A stretch of 30,946 nucleotides of DNA from Candidatus Iainarchaeum sp. (GTDB taxonomy: Archaea > Iainarchaeota > Iainarchaeia > Iainarchaeales > UBA10191): positions 1-30,946 of the forward strand of contig JAUSFL010000004.1 of assembly GCA_030649735.1 (NCBI GenBank), written 5' to 3'. The notes under the pieces are model-generated. The model was not told the DNA's origin. It made no database searches and saw only the letters and a program-made list of their open reading frames with translations. The translations under genes and the position numbers were made by a program. Position 1 is the stretch's first letter, and each line of letters opens with the position of its first letter. Shown here in pieces: positions 26,316 to 30,946 of the stretch.

Positions 26316-27688
26316 AAATCCTGCTTTGCCTCCCGCGCTTTGAGCCAAACGCAAATCCTCCTTTAGGGCTGGCTTACATTGCAGCAGTCTTAAGGCAAAG
26401 AAAATTTGACGTTGAAATCCTCGATCCAACCTTTGAAAATTTTGATTTTGCAGTGAAGCGCCTGGAAAAGGCAGACTTTGACATTTTGGGAATCAGCTGT
26501 TTCACAATGAATTATAATGTCTCAAAAAAGCTTGCCGCAATTGCAAAAAAAGCAAACCCGAATCTTTTGGCTGTCTTTGGCGGGCCTCACCCAAGCATTC
26601 TTCCCGAAGAGACAATCAAGGACAAGGAAGTTGATGCAGTGTGCATTGGCGAGGGAGAAGAGACTTTTGCAGAGCTTGCTGAAAGGCTTTCAAAGAAAAA
26701 AAGCCTGAAAGGAATCAAGGGATTGTGGTTCAAGCAAGGCAAAAAAACAGTCAAGAATGCAAGAAGGCCAATGATTGAAGACTTGGACAGCATTCCGTTT
26801 CCTGCAAGGGACTTGATTCCAATGCAAAAATACCTGAAAGCAGTGTATGGAACCACTGCATGGGCTGTAAAGCAGCCTTCAACAACAATCACTGCAGGCA
26901 GGGGCTGCCCTTTCAACTGCACTTACTGTTCCACAAAACTGGTTTACGGATTGAATGTAAGGTTCAGGAGCGCAAAAAACATTATTGCAGAAATTGAATT
27001 GCTTGTGAAAGATTACGGAATTAAAGGAATGAATTTCATTGATGACACTTTCACAATAAACAAGAAATTGATTTTTGACTTTTGCGATTCATTGGCTGGA
27101 AAAAAACTTGATGTGCAATGGGCCTGCCACACCCGCGTCAATAACGTAAGTTTGGAAATGCTCAAGAAAATGAAGGCCGCCGGGTGCACTTGCGTTGGAA
27201 TGGGGGTTGAATCAGGAAACCAGTTTGTGCTGGACAATTACATAAAAAAAGGAATCAATCTCGAGCAGGCAGTCAATGCCTTCAAGTGGGCAAAGCAGGC
27301 CGGCTTGATTACTGATGCTTATTTTATGATTGGCATTCCTGGAGAAACAAAAGAGCAAATGCGGGAAACAATTAATTTTGCAAAAAAACTGGATTTGGAC
27401 GTTGTAAACTTTAGCATTACCAGGCCGATGCCAAAGACTGAAATGATGGAAATTGCGTTAAGGCAAGGAAGCATTTCAGCAAAAGACTGGGATGACTATG
27501 ACTTTAGCGCAAAGCCAATATACCACACTGACGCGTGGAATATGGAAGAATTGAGGGCTTTGCAAAAGCAGGCTTACAGGTCTTTTTACTTCAGGCCGTC
27601 GTTTGTTTTGAAACAAGCCCTTTCAATAAGAAGCGTTTCAGACTTGAAGAACAAAATCAATGGCTTGAAAATGGTTTTGAAAACTTGA
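26312..27688 (+). CDS. Cobalamin-binding radical SAM protein (no. 4)
   Basis: PPLGLAYIAA, FGGPHPS, GEGEE, GRGCPFNCTYC, IDDTF, GVESGN, GIPGET; GTGA overlap with the upstream stop. Confidence 0.93.
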   Translation: MKILLCLPRFEPNANPPLGLAYIAAVLRQRKFDVEILDPTFENFDFAVKRLEKADFDILGISCFTMNYNVSKKLAAIAKKANPNLLAVFGGPHPSILPEETIKDKEVDAVCIGEGEETFAELAERLSKKKSLKGIKGLWFKQGKKTVKNARRPMIEDLDSIPFPARDLIPMQKYLKAVYGTTAWAVKQPSTTITAGRGCPFNCTYCSTKLVYGLNVRFRSAKNIIAEIELLVKDYGIKGMNFIDDTFTINKKLIFDFCDSLAGKKLDVQWACHTRVNNVSLEMLKKMKAAGCTCVGMGVESGNQFVLDNYIKKGINLEQAVNAFKWAKQAGLITDAYFMIGIPGETKEQMRETINFAKKLDLDVVNFSITRPMPKTEMMEIALRQGSISAKDWDDYDFSAKPIYHTDAWNMEELRALQKQAYRSFYFRPSFVLKQALSIRSVSDLKNKINGLKMVLKT

Positions 27689-27702
27689 TTGGAGTTTCTT
27701 TT

Positions 27703-28431
27703 ATGAAAAGCGAACAACAACAATGGAATGACTGGTTTAAGCACATTTCAAAAGCCAAAAAGAAAACATTGAATGAAGAATTAAATTGTTTCCGGGAGAT
27801 ATTTTCCTTCATTCCAAAAATCAAGGGAAAAAGAATCCTTGACATTGGCTGTGGTTTGGGGGAAGTCTTGATCGAATGCAGCTCTTTGGGCGCAAGGCAG
27901 GCTGTTGGAATAGACTCTGTGGAAAACGTTGTAAAAGCGGCTAGAAAGAATGCAAAGTCTGCCGGGTTTGCAAAAATAATTAAAGTAGTCAAGGGCGACG
28001 CTTTGAAAATGCCTTTCAAGGGCGAAAGCTTTGACATTGTCTTCTCTTTAGGGCTTTTGGAGCATTTTGAAAACCCGCAGGGATTGCTTTTGGAAAAAAA
28101 GCGCGTTTTGAAAAAAGGCGGTTTTGTCGTTGCAGTAGTCCCTAACTTTTTGAGCATTCCAAGGCATTCTTTCGGGATTGCCCGCAGGCTTTTGAGGCCT
28201 GAAAGCGTTATTCCAGAAAAGCCAATCACTTCCTTTTATTTAAAAAAAGAATTCAAGAAAGCCGGCCTGAAAAACTTTAAAATCAAAGGACTGTATTATT
28301 TTCCGTACACTGCAATTTCCGGAAAAGAAATCAGGCCATTAAGCAAGGCTTTGCAAGTTTTCAATTCATTGAATACAATGCCTGGCTTGAAGCATTTTGC
28401 GTGGTTTTTGGTTGCAATTGCCGAAAAGTGA
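27703..28431 (+). CDS. Class I SAM-dependent methyltransferase (Methyltransf_11-like)
   Basis: ILDIGCGLG, GDALKMPF...SFD, GLLEHF, LKKGG. ATG 27703 follows GGAG; the ORF track start 27535 overlaps the upstream gene. Confidence 0.9.
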   Translation: MKSEQQQWNDWFKHISKAKKKTLNEELNCFREIFSFIPKIKGKRILDIGCGLGEVLIECSSLGARQAVGIDSVENVVKAARKNAKSAGFAKIIKVVKGDALKMPFKGESFDIVFSLGLLEHFENPQGLLLEKKRVLKKGGFVVAVVPNFLSIPRHSFGIARRLLRPESVIPEKPITSFYLKKEFKKAGLKNFKIKGLYYFPYTAISGKEIRPLSKALQVFNSLNTMPGLKHFAWFLVAIAEK

Positions 28432-28541
28432 TTATTTTACTGACGATTGTACCAATTTTTTTGGGAGTTTTTTTAAAGCAATTGGAGTTTCAATACTAAA
28501 AAACACGTTGTTTTTATAGGACTTTTCTGGAGGAATTTATA

Positions 28542-29753
28542 TTGCAGAGCACTATTCCAAGGCTTAAAATGGAAGCCGGTTTTTTTGACGCTTTAAGGTC
28601 TTTGATTCCATTTCCTTCCAACGCAAAGCAGAAATTCCGCAAATTATTGGCCGACTATTTTGGAATTGATGATGAAAAAATTCTCCTGATTGGCAGCGGC
28701 AGGCAGGCATTGTATTTTTTGTTCAAAAGCCTTCCTGATTATGAAACCGTGATAATGCCCGCGTTCACTTGCAGGCTTGTGGGCGATGCAGCATACATGG
28801 CTGGAAAGAAAGTAAAGTTTGTTGATGTTTCACTCGATGATTATAACCTGGTTCCAGAGCTTTTGGAAAAGCGCATTGTAAAGCATTCAATAGTTGTAGT
28901 GACAAACCAGTTTGGAATTCCTTCACAAACCAGGGAGATTAAAAGAATCTGCGAAAAGCACGATTGCCTTTTGATTGAAGACATGGCTGAGGCTTTTGGC
29001 ACTGAAATTGGCGGAAAGAAAGTCGGAACTTTTGGCGATGCCGCAATCCTGAGCTTTTCAGTCTCTAAAACAATAAGCACTGCAAGGGGCGGGGCAATTT
29101 TCTTGAACAATCCAAAACCATGGTCTGGAAAGCTTGAAAAAGTCATTAATGCCGAAATGAATCCAGAAGGCCTGGTCAGGGCATTGAAGCATTGCTTTAC
29201 CGCAGGCACTTACAATTTTTTCGCCAATGGAATAGTTTACGGAAACATTATCCTTCCATTATGGATCAGAAGGCACGGCTTGTACACTGACAAGGGAATT
29301 TACACTACAAAAAAGAATTCATTCTACACTGACAATTACACTCAAATGCAGGCAAGGCTTGGATTGATAGTCTTTTCAAGGCTTGACAGCATAATAAAAA
29401 GAAGGCAGTCAATTGCAAAGCGCTACATTAGAGAGCTTTCAGGCATCAAAACATTGGGGTTTCCAAAGCTTTCTGAAGGCTCGGTTCTAAGCAGGTTTCC
29501 AATTTTAATCCGTAATGAAAACAAGACAGAATTTTACTTTAGGGCATTGCAGAAAAACATTGACTTGGGCTTTACTTTCTCATATTCAATGTCGCGCGAT
29601 AAAAAGAACGACCCGAATGCTGAATTTATAGGGCAACAAATATTAAATTTGCCAATAACCACTAAAATTAGCGATGCTGAAGTTGATTATGTCATAAAAT
29701 CCATAAAGGAAGTGGCAAAAGGGGCAGACAAGCCGCCCCAGCTGCTTTTTTAA
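28542..29753 (+). CDS. DegT/DnrJ/EryC1/StrS family PLP-dependent sugar aminotransferase
   Basis: SGRQAL, MPAFTC, NQFGIP, IEDMAEAFG, SFSVSKT (PLP lysine), GGA, LNLP. Confidence 0.88.
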   Translation: MQSTIPRLKMEAGFFDALRSLIPFPSNAKQKFRKLLADYFGIDDEKILLIGSGRQALYFLFKSLPDYETVIMPAFTCRLVGDAAYMAGKKVKFVDVSLDDYNLVPELLEKRIVKHSIVVVTNQFGIPSQTREIKRICEKHDCLLIEDMAEAFGTEIGGKKVGTFGDAAILSFSVSKTISTARGGAIFLNNPKPWSGKLEKVINAEMNPEGLVRALKHCFTAGTYNFFANGIVYGNIILPLWIRRHGLYTDKGIYTTKKNSFYTDNYTQMQARLGLIVFSRLDSIIKRRQSIAKRYIRELSGIKTLGFPKLSEGSVLSRFPILIRNENKTEFYFRALQKNIDLGFTFSYSMSRDKKNDPNAEFIGQQILNLPITTKISDAEVDYVIKSIKEVAKGADKPPQLLF

Positions 29754-29818
29754 GCATTAAACAGGCTGTTTTTTAAAACTCTATAATTTAAGTTATAAAA
29801 AGGAAAAGGTTTTCTGAA

Positions 29819-30946
29819 TTGAATGTTTTGTTCATTTACCCTAATTTGACTGGCCAATTGCAGACGCCATTGGGAATCACAAGCTTGTCTGCTGTTTTGA
29901 AGAGTGCCGGGCATGAGACAATGCTTTTTGACACCACTTGGGGTTATGACAAGGAAGGGCTTTTCAGGGCAATCAAGGAATTCAAGCCAAAACTCATTTG
30001 CTTTTCAACCAGGAACAGCGATTACAAGTTTTCCTTAAGCATTGCGCAAGAATTGAAAAAAAATTTCAAGACCCCGATAATTTTTGGAGGGCCGCATGCA
30101 ACATTAAATCCTGAAAAACTAATTATGGAAGACTGCATTGACTTTGTCAATGTTGGCGAAGGCGACGAATCACTTCCAGAGCTTGTGCAAAAGCTAGAGG
30201 AAATGAAAGGCACTTCAAAAATAAGGAACGTTTGGGCAAAAAAGAACGGCAAGGTCTTCCAGAATCAAGTAAGGCCATTACTGCAAAACCTGGATGAACT
30301 GCCATTCCCTGACTTGGACATTCTTGACAAAAAGCACTTGGGGTTTGAAATATTGTTCATGACTTCCCGCGGATGCCCTTACCACTGCACGTATTGCGCA
30401 AACCATGCTTTCCAGAAAGTTTTTGCCGGAAAAGGCCGTTATATCCGCTACAAAAGCCCGCGTTATGTCATTGAAGAAATAAAAGCAGCCCAAAAGAAAA
30501 TAGGCATGAAATCATTGACTTTTGTTGACGAAATGTTCACTGTCGACAAAAAACGCGTCAAAGAAATTTGCCGGCTTTACAAGAAAGAAATTGGCCTTCC
30601 TTTCATGATTGAAACCCGCGCTGACGGCGTTGACAAGGAACTGCTCAAGGTCTTGAAGGATTCAGGCTGCGATACAATTGCAATGGGAATAGAGCACGGA
30701 AACGAGTACATTCGCGGTCAAATAATGAAAAGAAACATGAAGCGCGAAGCCATAACCCAAGCATTCAAAATGGCTAAAGAAGTTGGCTTGAAAACATATG
30801 CAATGAACATGGTTGGCTTGCCTTTTGAGACAGAAAAGACAATCTTTGAAACAATTGAGTTAAACCGGCAGTGCAGGCCTGACGCAATCCAAGTAAGCAT
30901 TTTTTCTCCGTATGAAGGCACTGAATTGCATGAAATGTGCGCGAAA
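29819..30946 (+). CDS. Cobalamin-binding radical SAM protein (no. 5), truncated by the window end and absent from the ORF track
   Basis: Manual translation from TTG 29819: MNVLFIYPNLTGQLQTPLGITSLSAVLK...IFGGPHAT...GEGDE...TSRGCPYHCTYC...FVDEMF...GIEHG...GLPFET...SPYEGT; open to the end. Confidence 0.92.
   Translation, partial: MNVLFIYPNLTGQLQTPLGITSLSAVLKSAGHETMLFDTTWGYDKEGLFRAIKEFKPKLICFSTRNSDYKFSLSIAQELKKNFKTPIIFGGPHATLNPEKLIMEDCIDFVNVGEGDESLPELVQKLEEMKGTSKIRNVWAKKNGKVFQNQVRPLLQNLDELPFPDLDILDKKHLGFEILFMTSRGCPYHCTYCANHAFQKVFAGKGRYIRYKSPRYVIEEIKAAQKKIGMKSLTFVDEMFTVDKKRVKEICRLYKKEIGLPFMIETRADGVDKELLKVLKDSGCDTIAMGIEHGNEYIRGQIMKRNMKREAITQAFKMAKEVGLKTYAMNMVGLPFETEKTIFETIELNRQCRPDAIQVSIFSPYEGTELHEMCAK

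Noticed and set aside
27535-27702. N-terminal extension of the second methyltransferase
   Set aside because: Overlaps rSAM4 by 154 nt. ATG 27703 has a GGAG RBS and gives a normal-length MTase.
29721-29751. GGGGC...GCCCC hairpin followed by a T-run at the end of degT
   Set aside because: Only a 5-bp stem, inside the coding region and separated from the T-run; too weak to call a terminator.
13243-30946. Literal annotation of the rSAM genes as BchE (bacteriochlorophyll) or hopanoid enzymes, or as a RiPP cluster
   Set aside because: No photosynthesis, squalene-hopene cyclase, precursor-peptide, peptidase or SPASM features are visible, and the neighbours are glycosylation genes.
1-30946. CRISPR arrays, tRNA/rRNA, transposases, integrases, defence systems
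   Set aside because: Intergenic gaps are all about 110 nt or less, with no spaced repeats or cloverleaf patterns, and no ORF shows such motifs.

Overview
Gene-dense archaeal window with about 32 CDS and no rRNA, tRNA, CRISPR array or mobile element that I can see. Archaeal origin is supported by GGTGA/GAGGTG ribosome-binding sites, TTTAAA/TATAAA boxes about 25-30 nt upstream of starts, an archaeal-type asd and AlaX-M; a DPANN lineage such as Diapherotrites is my inference only. The left half holds dedA, lemA-htpX, a basic orphan, and a dapB-dapA-lysC-asd operon divergent from an ACT-domain protein, with two TGT..ACA palindromes in the 69-bp spacer. It continues with an apt-HD-mtnP-small ORF-PCD-alaX operon. 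The right half (11.6-30.9 kb, running off the window end) is a surface-glycosylation locus: GT2, a UPF0104 flippase-like protein, GT-C, two Wzx-type flippases, a nucleotide-sugar dehydrogenase, RmlB/RmlA and a DegT aminotransferase. It is dominated by five cobalamin-binding radical SAM enzymes and two class I methyltransferases. The best candidate for an undescribed system is this B12/radical-SAM glycan or glycolipid tailoring pathway, possibly coupled to adjacent 5'-deoxyadenosine salvage. The next best are the putative ACT regulator/operator for the DAP operon and a DapA with a non-canonical catalytic triad.
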